From Mycolicibacterium smegmatis (lineage in GTDB: Bacteria > Actinomycetota > Actinomycetes > Mycobacteriales > Mycobacteriaceae): a stretch of 32,000 nucleotides of DNA. The notes beneath the pieces are model-generated. The model did no database searches. It was given only the letters and a program-made list of their open reading frames with translations, and was not told the DNA's origin. Shown in pieces: positions 1-12,302 of the stretch. The position numbers were made by a program, and so were the translations under genes. The first letter of the stretch is position 1. Each line of letters opens with the position of its first letter. The stretch covers positions 4,320,001 through 4,352,000 of the forward strand of contig NZ_LN831039.1 of NCBI RefSeq assembly GCF_001457595.1, written 5' to 3'.

Positions 1-161
1 CCGGGCCAGTTTCTCGAACTCATCGCGGGGATACACGGCAAGGCTGTGATCTTGGCTCTTGGTGACCATCAACCCTCCTGCCAGTGCGTCGCGAAATTTG
101 GCGGGCAGTGTGAGCCGCCCCTTGTCATCGAGCTTGGGCGTGTAGGTACCCAGGAACACCT
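1..161 (-). CDS. mraZ: Transcriptional regulator MraZ, 5' part only (gene runs off the left edge)
   Basis: Minus-strand translation from GTG at 161 reads [52 protein letters not shown], a characteristic MraZ N-terminus; GGAGG-type RBS lies upstream. Confidence 0.93.
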
Positions 162-239
162 GAGCCACCTCCCGCCACCCGGTTCGGATTCCGAGTCGCT
201 TCGCCCTCCCCGAACGGGGTTCCGATCTCCCCGTCGACC

Positions 240-274
240 GCCACTTTACCCCACGATCCCCCACTTTGCTCCAT
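240..274 (-). promoter_or_regulatory. Candidate MraZ operator: 10-bp-phased GTGGG-like direct repeats upstream of mraZ
   Basis: Plus strand gCCAC(240-244)..cCCAC(250-254)..cCCAC(260-264)..tCCAT(270-274); on the minus strand GTGGG-N5-GTGGG-N5-GTGGC. Matches the known architecture of MraZ binding sites (TGGGN repeats with 5-nt spacers). Confidence 0.75.
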
Positions 275-681
275 TTGGCGCCACCGATTGGCGATTCCGC
301 CCCACGTTCACCCCCTTCCGCACCACTCCGCAGGCGGAGTTTCGGGTGAGAAGTTGCGAGGTTGCGATAAACCCGCAGGTGAGAGCGCCCGCGACTGCGG
401 TGGGGCGAAGTGGGGGCGAAAGTGGGGACGCTGCCGAATCGTTATCCAGCACGACGCGACACGGCCCCGAAAAACTGCGCTGGGCGTCGCTCCGGCGTGT
501 CGCCGGGCGCTTCGAGGGGCCGATTCACGGACGGGTGGGGCCGGGTGGGGCGACCCGTGGGGAAAGGTGGGGAGAGTCGGGGACGTTCACCATGCTCGGG
601 CGCGCAGACCCGGACGCCATCGAGGGCATGAAAAAGGGGCAGCCCTCGCGGACCACCCCTGAGCCGTTGGCGCCTTGCCGG

Positions 682-1083
682 TCAGTTGTCGAAGCGCCGG
701 CGGAAACGGTCTTCCATGCGGTTGGTGAACGACCCACCGCCGCGCTGCTTGCGCTGTCGTGTCGGACCGGACGGCGCCGAGGACTTGTCGACGCCACCGG
801 CGACGCGCGGGCCGGTGATGGCGAACACCACGCCGCCGAACATCACGATGAAACCTATGACCGAGAGGATCGGGAATCCGCCGATCATCAAAGCCTTGAC
901 TGCGACACCGGTGACCAGCATCGCCAGACCGAGAACGAACAAACCCGCGCCGTAGATCCTGCGACGCGCCGAGGGCGCGCGTAGAGTCCCACCCCGAACG
1001 CTCGACGCGAACTTGGGATCCTCGGCATAGAGCGCGCTCTCGATCTGATCGAGCATGCGCTGCTCATGATCGGAGAGTGGCAT
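682..1083 (-). CDS. DUF3040-family predicted membrane protein (Rv2169c-like)
   Basis: ORF from ATG at 1083: MPLSDHEQRMLDQIESALYAEDPKFASSVRG..., with two hydrophobic segments; position next to mraZ. Confidence 0.85.
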   Translation of the reverse strand: MPLSDHEQRMLDQIESALYAEDPKFASSVRGGTLRAPSARRRIYGAGLFVLGLAMLVTGVAVKALMIGGFPILSVIGFIVMFGGVVFAITGPRVAGGVDKSSAPSGPTRQRKQRGGGSFTNRMEDRFRRRFDN

Positions 1084-1339
1084 TCGTCCCTCCTTGCCGA
1101 CGCGACCGTCGCTCCGTAAATGTCCACCGGTGCCCGCCATTACGGACACCTAACAATAATGATACGAGGTCGATCCGAGCCGTACCACCTTGTTCAGCAT
1201 CGATTGTAGGCGTTCGCTGGGAGTGTGACGGCCATCCGCCCAGCCTGATAATGGCTCCAGATAATGAGTAGGGCAGGACTCACATGAGCGCACACCCCGT
1301 GTGCCCGTGAACTCGAGGACTTTGGCGGCAACGGAGGCG

Positions 1340-1957
1340 ATGGCGGCGATGGCGACGTATCTCATTGATCTGTCGCCCGAGGACATGCAGCGCCGACTCC
1401 CCGACGCGCTGCGGGTCTACGTCGACGCGATGCGCTACCCCCGCGGCACCGAAGAACAGCGCGCGGCCCTGTGGCTCGAACACACCCGTAGGCAGGGTTG
1501 GAAAGCCGTGGCGGCAGTCGAATTCGGAACCGACGACGGGTCGCACCCCGAGACGCCGTCGCGCGACGATCTCGTCGCCGCCCCGCTGCTGGGCATCGCC
1601 TACGGCTACTGCGGCGCCCCGGATCAGTGGTGGCAACAACAGGTGGTCTCCGGGCTGCACCGCATCGGAGCGACCCGCGAACAGATCGCCGAGCTGATGT
1701 CGAGCTACTTCGAGCTGACCGAACTGCACATCGAACCACGGGCTCAGGGACGCGGACTCGGCGAGGCACTGGTCCGCCGGCTACTCGCCGACCGTGGTGA
1801 ATCTCACGTGTTGTTGTCGACACCCGAGATCAACGGCGAGGCCAATCGGGCCTGGCGTCTGTACCGGCGCCTGGGGTTCACCGACGTGATCCGCGGCTAC
1901 CACTTTGCCGGCGACCCCCGCGCGTTCGCGATCCTCGGCCGGCCCCTGCCCCTGTAG
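1340..1957 (+). CDS. GNAT-family N-acetyltransferase (Rv2170-like)
   Basis: RAQGRGLGEALVRRLLADRG acetyl-CoA binding motif and WRLYRRLGFTDV; start could be 1340 or 1349 (GGAGG at 1334 favours 1349). Confidence 0.87.
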   Translation: MAAMATYLIDLSPEDMQRRLPDALRVYVDAMRYPRGTEEQRAALWLEHTRRQGWKAVAAVEFGTDDGSHPETPSRDDLVAAPLLGIAYGYCGAPDQWWQQQVVSGLHRIGATREQIAELMSSYFELTELHIEPRAQGRGLGEALVRRLLADRGESHVLLSTPEINGEANRAWRLYRRLGFTDVIRGYHFAGDPRAFAILGRPLPL

Positions 1958-2002
1958 GCCACACGCGCTTCCTGTCGAACCGAGGCGGCCCGATCTGGCA
2001 CG

Positions 2003-2707
2003 ATGACCTCCGTGCGCGTCCGTCGACCCAGCCGCAGCCGACGCAGGCTGCTCGTGTTGGTGATGTTGCTGCTGCTGGTGTTGCCGACGGCGGTCGGCTG
2101 CGTCCGGATCCGGGCCTCCATCACGGTGTCGCCCGACGACCGGGTGTCCGGGCAGATCATCGCTGCGGCCAAACCCAGCGACGCCGACGACAAGGGTCCG
2201 CAGCTGGTCAACAACCTGCCGTTCGCGCACAAGGTCGCGGTGTCGGAGTACAGCCGCGACGATTACGTCGGCTCTCAGGCCGTGTTCTCCGATCTGTCGT
2301 TCGCCGAGGTGCCGCAGCTGGCCGCGCTGAGCCGTGACGCCGCCGGTGTCGACATCTCGCTGCGCCGCGCGGGCGACCTCGTGATCCTCGAAGGCCGCGT
2401 CGACCTCACGTCGATGAACGACCCGGAGGCCGACGTGCTGCTGACGGTGTCGTTCCCCGGCGACGTGACCTCGACCAACGGCGATCAGGTGACGTCGTCG
2501 ATCGTGGAATGGAAACTGCGCCCCGGCGTCGTGAGCACCATGAACGCGCAGGCCCGCTACACCGACCCCAGCGCGCGATCGTTCACCACGGCGGCGATCT
2601 GGCTGGTCATCGCTGCTTTCGTGGTCGCGAGCGTGGTCGCCGGCCTGGCCTACGTGAGCCGCGACCAGTCTCCCAAACCGGGCGAGCCGGCGCCCACCGA
2701 AACGTGA
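2003..2707 (+). CDS. lppM: Lipoprotein LppM
   Basis: N-terminal signal peptide with lipobox ending in Cys (LPTAVGC), C-terminal TM helix, position between the Rv2170-like and idsA2-like genes. Confidence 0.88.
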   Translation: MTSVRVRRPSRSRRRLLVLVMLLLLVLPTAVGCVRIRASITVSPDDRVSGQIIAAAKPSDADDKGPQLVNNLPFAHKVAVSEYSRDDYVGSQAVFSDLSFAEVPQLAALSRDAAGVDISLRRAGDLVILEGRVDLTSMNDPEADVLLTVSFPGDVTSTNGDQVTSSIVEWKLRPGVVSTMNAQARYTDPSARSFTTAAIWLVIAAFVVASVVAGLAYVSRDQSPKPGEPAPTET

Positions 2708-2828
2708 CGGCGACCGACCGCCGGGCTGCCCGATCTCGTTTCCGCCATCCTCGCCTACTCCTGACCCGGTACGACGCTTTACCCTGGATGGGCTCGGGGG
2801 CACTGGCAACACACCTGGCAACACATAG

Positions 2829-3938
<1,110 letters not shown>

Positions 3939-3962
3939 ACGCCGGGCTCGACAGTCCACACC

Positions 3963-5480
3963 ATGACACCGACGGAAACCCACAAACCGAACCCCGGCCT
4001 GGCCGAGCACGTTTCGCGCCTGGCCGCCTTCGCCGTGTCCGCAGAGGCGCGTCCGGCACGCCTGGGCTGCCTCGGCGCCACCGTGCTGACCATCGGCGGC
4101 CTCGGCGCGGGCAGCACACGCCTGCACGATCCGCTGCTGGAATCGCTGCACCTGTCGTGGTTGCGGTTCGGGCACGGCCTGGTGGTGTCGTCGATCCTGC
4201 TGTGGACCGGTGTCGCGCTCATGCTCATCGCGTGGCTGTGGCTGGGACGGCGCGTGATCGACCGCACCGCAACCGAGTACACGATGGTCGCCACCACCGG
4301 GTTCTGGCTGGCGCCGCTGCTGCTCTCGGTGCCGCTGTTCAGCCGTGACACGTACTCCTACCTGGCGCAGGGCGCGCTGCTGCGCGACGGTTTCGACCCG
4401 TATGTGGTGGGCCCGGTCGAGAACCCGAACTCGTTGTTGGAGAACGTGAGTCCGATCTGGACCACGACCACCGCGCCGTACGGGCCCGCGTTCATCCTGG
4501 TGGCGAAGTTCGTCACCATGCTGGTGGGCAACGACGTGGTGGCAGGCACGATGCTGCTGCGGCTGTGCATGCTGCCCGGCCTGTTGCTGCTGATCTGGGC
4601 GGCACCGCGGGTGGCCCGCCACGTCGGCGCCAACGCCGCGGCAGCGCTGTGGATCTGCGTGCTCAACCCGCTGGTGATCATCCACCTCATGGGCGGGGTC
4701 CACAACGAGATGCTCATGGTGGGCCTGATGATGGCCGCGATCGCGCTGACCTTCGCGGGCCGCCCGATCTGGGGCGTCGGCCTGATAGCCACCGCGGTCG
4801 CGGTGAAAGCCACGGCGGGCCTGGCGCTTCCGTTCATGGTGTGGGTGTGGATGCGTCAGCTCCGCGACCGCCACGACATGCCGCCGGTACGCGCGTTCGT
4901 GGTGTCCACGGCGGCGTCGGTGCTGATCTTCGGCGCGGTGTTCGCGGTGCTGTCGTGGGTTGCCGGGGTGGGGCTGGGCTGGCTGACCGCGCTGGCCGGT
5001 TCGGTGAAGATCATCAACTGGCTGACCGTGCCGACCGCGGCGTCCAACCTCATCAACGCCATCGGCGGGTTGTTCTTCTCCGTCAACTTCTACGCGGTAC
5101 TCGAGGTCGCGCGCATCATCGGCATCGCGGCCATCGTCATCGCGCTGCCGCTGTTGTGGTGGCGCTACCGCCACACCGATCGTGAGGCGCTCACCGGGAT
5201 CGCGCTGGCGATGGTGGTCGTGGTGCTGTTCGTGCCCGCCGCGCTCCCCTGGTACTACACCTGGCCGCTGGCCGTCGCCGCGGCCCTGGTGCAGACCCGG
5301 CCCGGCATCGCGGCGATCGCCGGGTTCTCGACGTGGATCATGGTCATGTGGAAACCCGATGGCGCCCACGGCATGTACTCATGGGCCCACGTGCTGCTGA
5401 CGACGGCGTGCGCTGTCGCGGCGTGGTACTCGCTGTACCGGGCGCCGGAGAGCGCTGAGGCGACGGCGAGCCGTCAATAG
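3963..5480 (+). CDS. mptA: Alpha-(1->6)-mannopyranosyltransferase MptA, polytopic GT-C enzyme
   Basis: Multi-TM protein of 505 aa with DTYSYLAQGALL near the first periplasmic loop; synteny with Rv2174. Confidence 0.88.
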   Translation: MTPTETHKPNPGLAEHVSRLAAFAVSAEARPARLGCLGATVLTIGGLGAGSTRLHDPLLESLHLSWLRFGHGLVVSSILLWTGVALMLIAWLWLGRRVIDRTATEYTMVATTGFWLAPLLLSVPLFSRDTYSYLAQGALLRDGFDPYVVGPVENPNSLLENVSPIWTTTTAPYGPAFILVAKFVTMLVGNDVVAGTMLLRLCMLPGLLLLIWAAPRVARHVGANAAAALWICVLNPLVIIHLMGGVHNEMLMVGLMMAAIALTFAGRPIWGVGLIATAVAVKATAGLALPFMVWVWMRQLRDRHDMPPVRAFVVSTAASVLIFGAVFAVLSWVAGVGLGWLTALAGSVKIINWLTVPTAASNLINAIGGLFFSVNFYAVLEVARIIGIAAIVIALPLLWWRYRHTDREALTGIALAMVVVVLFVPAALPWYYTWPLAVAAALVQTRPGIAAIAGFSTWIMVMWKPDGAHGMYSWAHVLLTTACAVAAWYSLYRAPESAEATASRQ

Positions 5481-5508
5481 GCCACGACGGCGAGCCGTCA
5501 ATAGGCCA
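5461..5508. repeat. Perfect 24-bp tandem duplication (CGACGGCGAGCCGTCAATAGGCCA x2) spanning both stop codons of a convergent pair
   Basis: Direct reading: 5461-5484 and 5485-5508 are identical; each contains the inverted repeat GACGG-CGAG-CCGTC. Confidence 0.97.
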
Positions 5509-5902
5509 TCGCCTGGGCGCGGCGGATCACCTCACGCGCCTGGTGCGAGTGCAGCGCGTCGACCGGACGCGCGTTGGTCAGGCGCTCGGTGCTGCCGTCG
5601 CGCGTGATGGTCAGCGACTCGTCCGGGGTGAACAACCAGCGCAGGATCTCGTTGGTGCGGTAGCCGCCGTCACGCAGGACGACCAGCAACCCCGGCAGTG
5701 ACTTGACCACGTGGCCCGCGTCGTCGAAGAAGATCTTGGGCACGGCGACCACACCGTTTCGCCGCACGGCCACCAGATGGCCGTCGCGCAGCTGCTGGTG
5801 GACTTTGGTGACCGGGATACCGAGGATGTCGGCCACGGTCGGAAGGTCATAGACGGCCTCGTCTGGATCCAGAACGTCATCGGCGGCCGGAATACTGCTC
5901 AC
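5498..5902 (-). CDS. Rv2175c-like DNA-binding protein (PknL substrate family)
   Basis: GTG start at 5902: VSSIPAADDVLDPDEAVYDLPTVADILGIPVTKVHQQLRDGHLVAVRRNG..., wHTH-like; divergent to pknL. Confidence 0.9.
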   Translation of the reverse strand: MSSIPAADDVLDPDEAVYDLPTVADILGIPVTKVHQQLRDGHLVAVRRNGVVAVPKIFFDDAGHVVKSLPGLLVVLRDGGYRTNEILRWLFTPDESLTITRDGSTERLTNARPVDALHSHQAREVIRRAQAMAY

Positions 5903-5938
5903 CGCACTGATTCTAGGCTGCCGCCCGGGACTCGTAAC

Positions 5939-7219
5939 ATGTGTTCGGTGGAGCAGCAATCGGATCCGCTCGTCGGCAGCCTGCTGGACGGGCGGTACCG
6001 CGTGGACATGCCCATCGCGACAGGTGGCATGTCGACGGTGTACCGGGGGCTCGACACGCGCCTGGACCGTCCGGTCGCGTTGAAGGTCATGGACTCGCGG
6101 TACGCCGGTGACGAGCACTTTCTCACCAGGTTCCAGCGCGAGGCGCGCGCCGTGGCCAGGCTCAAGGCGCCCGGCCTGGTGGCGGTGTACGACCAGGGTC
6201 TCGACCGCCGGTCGGAGCGCCAGTACCCGTTTCTGGTGATGGAACTCATCGAGGGCGGCACACTCCGCGAACTGCTCACCGAACGCGGCCCGATGCCCCC
6301 GCACGCGGTCGCCGCGGTGCTCGAGCCCGTCCTGGGCGGGCTCGCGGTCGCGCACCGCAACGGCCTGGTGCACCGCGACATCAAACCCGAGAACGTGCTG
6401 ATCTCCGACGACGGCGAGGTCAAGATCGCCGACTTCGGGTTGGTGCGCGCGGTCGCCGAGGCCAAAATCACTTCCACCAGCGTGATATTGGGCACCGCGG
6501 CCTACCTGTCGCCCGAGCAGGTCGCGACCGGCGACGCCGATCCCCGCAGCGACGTCTACGCCGTCGGGATCCTGACCTTCGAACTGCTCACCGGCACCAC
6601 GCCGTTCACCGGCGACAGCGCACTGGCCGTCGCCTATCAGCGCATGGATCACGACGTGCCGCCTCCCAGTACCCGGATCGCCGGTGTGCCAAGGCAATTC
6701 GACGATCTGGTGCGCCGGGCCGCTACGCGCGACCCGGCAGGCCGCTACGCCGACGCCGGCGAGATGGGCGCCGCGCTCGACGTCATCATCGACGAGCTGG
6801 GCCTGCCACCGTTTCGGGTGCCCGCGCCGCGCAACTCGGCGCAGCACCTCGCGGCGACGCGGTTCCACAACCGTCCGCGACCGGATCTGGAGACCACGGC
6901 CGAGGTCGCCCCGCCGCCTCCGCCGGTGCCCGCGGCCGCGCCGCGACAGCACACCAGGGAGATCACGCGTGACCAGCAGGACTGGGCGCCGATCCCCGCC
7001 GCCCCCGACGATGACGAGTACACCGACGAGTACGACGAATACGACTATTCAACGGTGTCAGGGCAATTCGCGGGCATCGACATGACCGAGTTCTACTGGG
7101 CGCGCCAGCGTGCCAAGCGCATGGTGCTGATCTGGGTGATCGCGGTGCTCACGGTCACCGGCCTGACCGCAGCGGCGGCCTGGACCCTGGGCAGCAACAT
7201 CGCCACCCTGATCCAGTGA
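5939..7219 (+). CDS. pknL: Serine/threonine protein kinase PknL
   Basis: Kinase motifs HRDIKPENVLI, DFGLVRAVAE, GTAAYLSPEQ; single TM near the C-terminus; no PASTA repeats. Confidence 0.93.
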   Translation: MCSVEQQSDPLVGSLLDGRYRVDMPIATGGMSTVYRGLDTRLDRPVALKVMDSRYAGDEHFLTRFQREARAVARLKAPGLVAVYDQGLDRRSERQYPFLVMELIEGGTLRELLTERGPMPPHAVAAVLEPVLGGLAVAHRNGLVHRDIKPENVLISDDGEVKIADFGLVRAVAEAKITSTSVILGTAAYLSPEQVATGDADPRSDVYAVGILTFELLTGTTPFTGDSALAVAYQRMDHDVPPPSTRIAGVPRQFDDLVRRAATRDPAGRYADAGEMGAALDVIIDELGLPPFRVPAPRNSAQHLAATRFHNRPRPDLETTAEVAPPPPPVPAAAPRQHTREITRDQQDWAPIPAAPDDDEYTDEYDEYDYSTVSGQFAGIDMTEFYWARQRAKRMVLIWVIAVLTVTGLTAAAAWTLGSNIATLIQ

Positions 7220-7240
7220 TCGCGGGGCATCTCCCCCTGC

Positions 7241-9149
<1,909 letters not shown>

Positions 9150-10140
9150 GAACCAGTTCGCCTCGTCCGTTCCGTCCTAGCTTCGATCCGGGCCTCGATC
9201 TTGGCGTCGATCCCGGCCCCGGGTGCGGGCGCGGCGTGGATCTCCCGGTCCAGTTGCTCATCGACCGCCGCATCATCGGGAAACCTCGGCATCCCGGTGA
9301 TGGCGTCCTGCAGCCACAGTTTGGCCTGCACCACCGGACGCCGCAGCCATCGTTCCCGCTCGAGCGCGCGGTGCATCTTGCGGGGTCGTTTCGTGTAGCG
9401 CCACCGGGCCCACGGCGCGTGCGGCCGTGACAACCGGATGGCACCGATGACCAGCAACGGGGTGATGAACATTCCCACCAGACCCGTCCACACCTTGCCC
9501 TTGAGCAGTACGACGACCGCCAGCAACAGCGTAACCACCGCGAGCAGGACCACCGCGGCGCGCGCCAGCCAGCTGGGATCCTCGCGCCAGATGTCGACGT
9601 CGAAGAACGACAGCGGGTTGAATCCCAGGATCAGCAGGCCGGCCACGGCCACCGCAGCGAACACCGCGTCGACCGAGGTGCGGCCGTCCTCGGACCAGTA
9701 CACGTCGGACAGATGCAGGATCAGCGCGAACTCGTCGAGCACGAGCGCGGCGCCGATGCCGAAGAACGTCGCGGCGACCGTGAACTCGGCCACCCCGCCG
9801 TTTACCGCCAAGGTCACCATGGTTACCCCGGAGACCATGACCAGCACGACACCGATCACGACGTGGTGGATGTGCATGGTGCCGTGCGCGATGTTGCGGG
9901 GCTGCCACCATCTGCGCGGCTGGTCGCTGTCGGCGTGGCTGCGGATGTAGCGCACCACGGTTCGGGTCACGAAGAAGGTGAGGATGAACGCCAGCAGGCA
10001 GCACACCAGCGGCAGGCGATCGCGTGGGACGAGATCGAGGTGGACGGTCGCTTGCACGATGTCAGAACTTACGCCCAAACAGGCGCGTCGCGGCCGTGGT
10101 TGCGGCTAGGCGCGGCGGCCACAGATAGTCTGTGTTGGAG

Positions 10141-11454
10141 ATGAGTAAGCGGCAGTCGCCCCGCGGGGCTGGTTTGGCACCAACCATCGCGTGGCGGGTT
10201 TTTCAGCTGCTGACGCTGGCCGGGGTGCTGTGGGTCGGATGGCGGTTGCTGGGCCGCGTGCCCTACCGCATCGACATCGACGTGTACCGCATGGGTGGCC
10301 GAGCCTGGCTCGACGGCAGGCCACTTTACGCCGACGGAGCGATCTTCCACACCCAGGGCGGCCTCGATCTGCCGTTCACCTATCCCCCGCTCGCCGCGAT
10401 CGCATTCGCTCCGTTCGCGTGGCTTTCGCTGCCGCTGGCGAGTTCGGCGATCACGGCGACGACGCTGGTGCTGCTGATCGTCGCCACCACGATCGTGCTG
10501 ACGCGCCTCGACGTGTGGCCGCACACCACTGTCACCTCGGAACCGGCCTGGATGCGCCGCGCCTGGCTGGCCGCGGCGATGGTCGCGCCCGCGGTGATCT
10601 ATCTCGAACCGATCCGGTCCAACTTCGAGTTCGGCCAGATCAACGTCGTGCTGATGACGCTGGTGATCGCCGACTGCGTGCCGCGGCGCACGCCGTGGCC
10701 ACGCGGCCTGCTGCTGGGACTGGCCATCGCGCTCAAGCTGACCCCCGCGGTGTTCCTGCTGTACTTCCTGCTGCGCCGCGACATCCACACGCTGCTGCGG
10801 ACCGCGGCAACGGCCGTCGTCGCATCCCTGGCGGGCTTCGCGCTGGCGTGGAGCGACTCGGTGGAGTACTGGACGGAGACCGTCCGCAACACCGACCGGA
10901 TCGGCACCGCCACGCTGAACACCAACCAGAACATCGCCGGTGCGCTGGCCCGGCTGGGACTCGGTGAGAGCCCACGGTTCATCCTGTGGGTGCTGGCATG
11001 CTTCGCGGTGCTCGCGCTGACGGTGTGGGCGGTCCGACGCGCCCTGCGCGGTGACACCGCCGATCAGACCACCGAGGCGCCCGTGCTCACGCTCGTGTGC
11101 GTCGCGTTGTTCGGCTTGGTGGTCTCACCGGTGTCGTGGTCGCACCACTGGGTGTGGATGCTGCCGGTTCTGGTGGTGACCGCGGTACTGGCCTACCGCC
11201 GCCGCAGCGTCTGGTTCGCGGCGCTCACCGCGGCGGGCCTCGCGCTGACGGTGTGGACGCCGATCACGCTGCTGCCCGAGCACCGCGAGACCACGGCGTC
11301 GTTGTGGCGTCAGCTGGCGGGCGGGTCCTACGTGTGGTGGGCGTTCGCGGTGATCGTGGTGATCGGGCTGGTGTCGTCGTCACGCACGCACACCGGTGAT
11401 GCTCACGAAACCGATGAGCCGCTCGTGCCGCTCGCACGCGGCGAGGCCGGCTGA
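10141..11454 (+). CDS. mptC: Alpha-mannosyltransferase of the DUF2029/GT87 type (Rv2181-like, MptC)
   Basis: Polytopic protein with [22 protein letters not shown]; synteny with Rv2181. An alternative upstream start at 10132 is possible. Confidence 0.85.
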   Translation: MSKRQSPRGAGLAPTIAWRVFQLLTLAGVLWVGWRLLGRVPYRIDIDVYRMGGRAWLDGRPLYADGAIFHTQGGLDLPFTYPPLAAIAFAPFAWLSLPLASSAITATTLVLLIVATTIVLTRLDVWPHTTVTSEPAWMRRAWLAAAMVAPAVIYLEPIRSNFEFGQINVVLMTLVIADCVPRRTPWPRGLLLGLAIALKLTPAVFLLYFLLRRDIHTLLRTAATAVVASLAGFALAWSDSVEYWTETVRNTDRIGTATLNTNQNIAGALARLGLGESPRFILWVLACFAVLALTVWAVRRALRGDTADQTTEAPVLTLVCVALFGLVVSPVSWSHHWVWMLPVLVVTAVLAYRRRSVWFAALTAAGLALTVWTPITLLPEHRETTASLWRQLAGGSYVWWAFAVIVVIGLVSSSRTHTGDAHETDEPLVPLARGEAG

Positions 11455-11470
11455 CCGGCCCGTTCAGGAA

Positions 11471-12208
11471 TCAGCCCGCGGCGGCCTCGGGCAGTCGCGA
11501 CGCCGGTTTGGCCGGCGCCGCGTCACCTGCCTTCTTCACGTCGGCGGCGTAGAGGTCGACGTACTCCTGCTCGGAGAGCCGCATGAGCTCGTACATGACC
11601 TCGTCGATGACGGCGCGTTCGATGAAGCGGTTACCCGCCAGGCCGTCGAAGCGCGAGAAGTCCATCGGCTTGCCGATGCGGACCTCGACGTGGCCGAACC
11701 GCAGGCCCTTGTGCCCGGGCGGGTTGACGACGTCGGTGCCGACCATCGCCACCGGGATCACCGGCACACCGGTCTGCAGCGCCAGGCGGGCCAGGCCCGT
11801 CTTGCCCTTGTAGAGCCTGCCGTCGGGCGAACGGGTGCCCTCGGGGTACATGCCGAGCAACTTGCCCTGATTGAGGATCCGCTCGGCGGTGTTCAGCGCG
11901 TCCTGCGCCGAATCGGCGTCGGTGCGGTCGATCGGCACCTGGCCGACGACCGTGTAGAACCACGCCAGGAAGCGGCCCTTGATCCCGGTGCCGGTGAAGT
12001 ACTCCTTCTTGGCCAGGAACGTGATGCGGCGGCTGACCACGAGCGGGAGGTAGAAACTGTCCATCACCGCGAGGTGGTTGCTGGCCAGGATCGCCGGGCC
12101 GTCGGCCGGGATGTTCTCCAGCCCAGTGACTTTCGGCCTACCGATGAGGGCCAGCAAGGGTCCCAACAGGACGAACTTGAAAATCCAGTACCACATGGAC
12201 CCCTCCAC
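11471..12208 (-). CDS. 1-acylglycerol-3-phosphate O-acyltransferase family protein (Rv2182c-like)
   Basis: PlsC motifs NHLAVMDSFYLP (NHxxxxD) and GMYPEGTRSPDG. Confidence 0.92.
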   Translation of the reverse strand: MEGSMWYWIFKFVLLGPLLALIGRPKVTGLENIPADGPAILASNHLAVMDSFYLPLVVSRRITFLAKKEYFTGTGIKGRFLAWFYTVVGQVPIDRTDADSAQDALNTAERILNQGKLLGMYPEGTRSPDGRLYKGKTGLARLALQTGVPVIPVAMVGTDVVNPPGHKGLRFGHVEVRIGKPMDFSRFDGLAGNRFIERAVIDEVMYELMRLSEQEYVDLYAADVKKAGDAAPAKPASRLPEAAAG

Positions 12209-12302
12209 CTAGATGCACCGGGCGGCGCTCTGCGACAACTTTACCCACGCGATGTTGGACCGACCACAGGACCGCTGTTGCTGCGATCCGCGTCCCGGCG
12301 GG

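Noticed and set aside
46-984. 312-aa plus-strand ORF across the mraZ-DUF3040 spacer
   Set aside because: Spans the antisense of mraZ, the operator-like repeats and the DUF3040 gene; no protein-like features.
11449-11476. GGCTGA-N16-TCAGCC inverted repeat at the mptC/Rv2182c junction as a terminator
   Set aside because: Arms of 6 bp with a long loop are mostly explained by both proteins ending in Gly-stop (GGC TGA); too weak to call.
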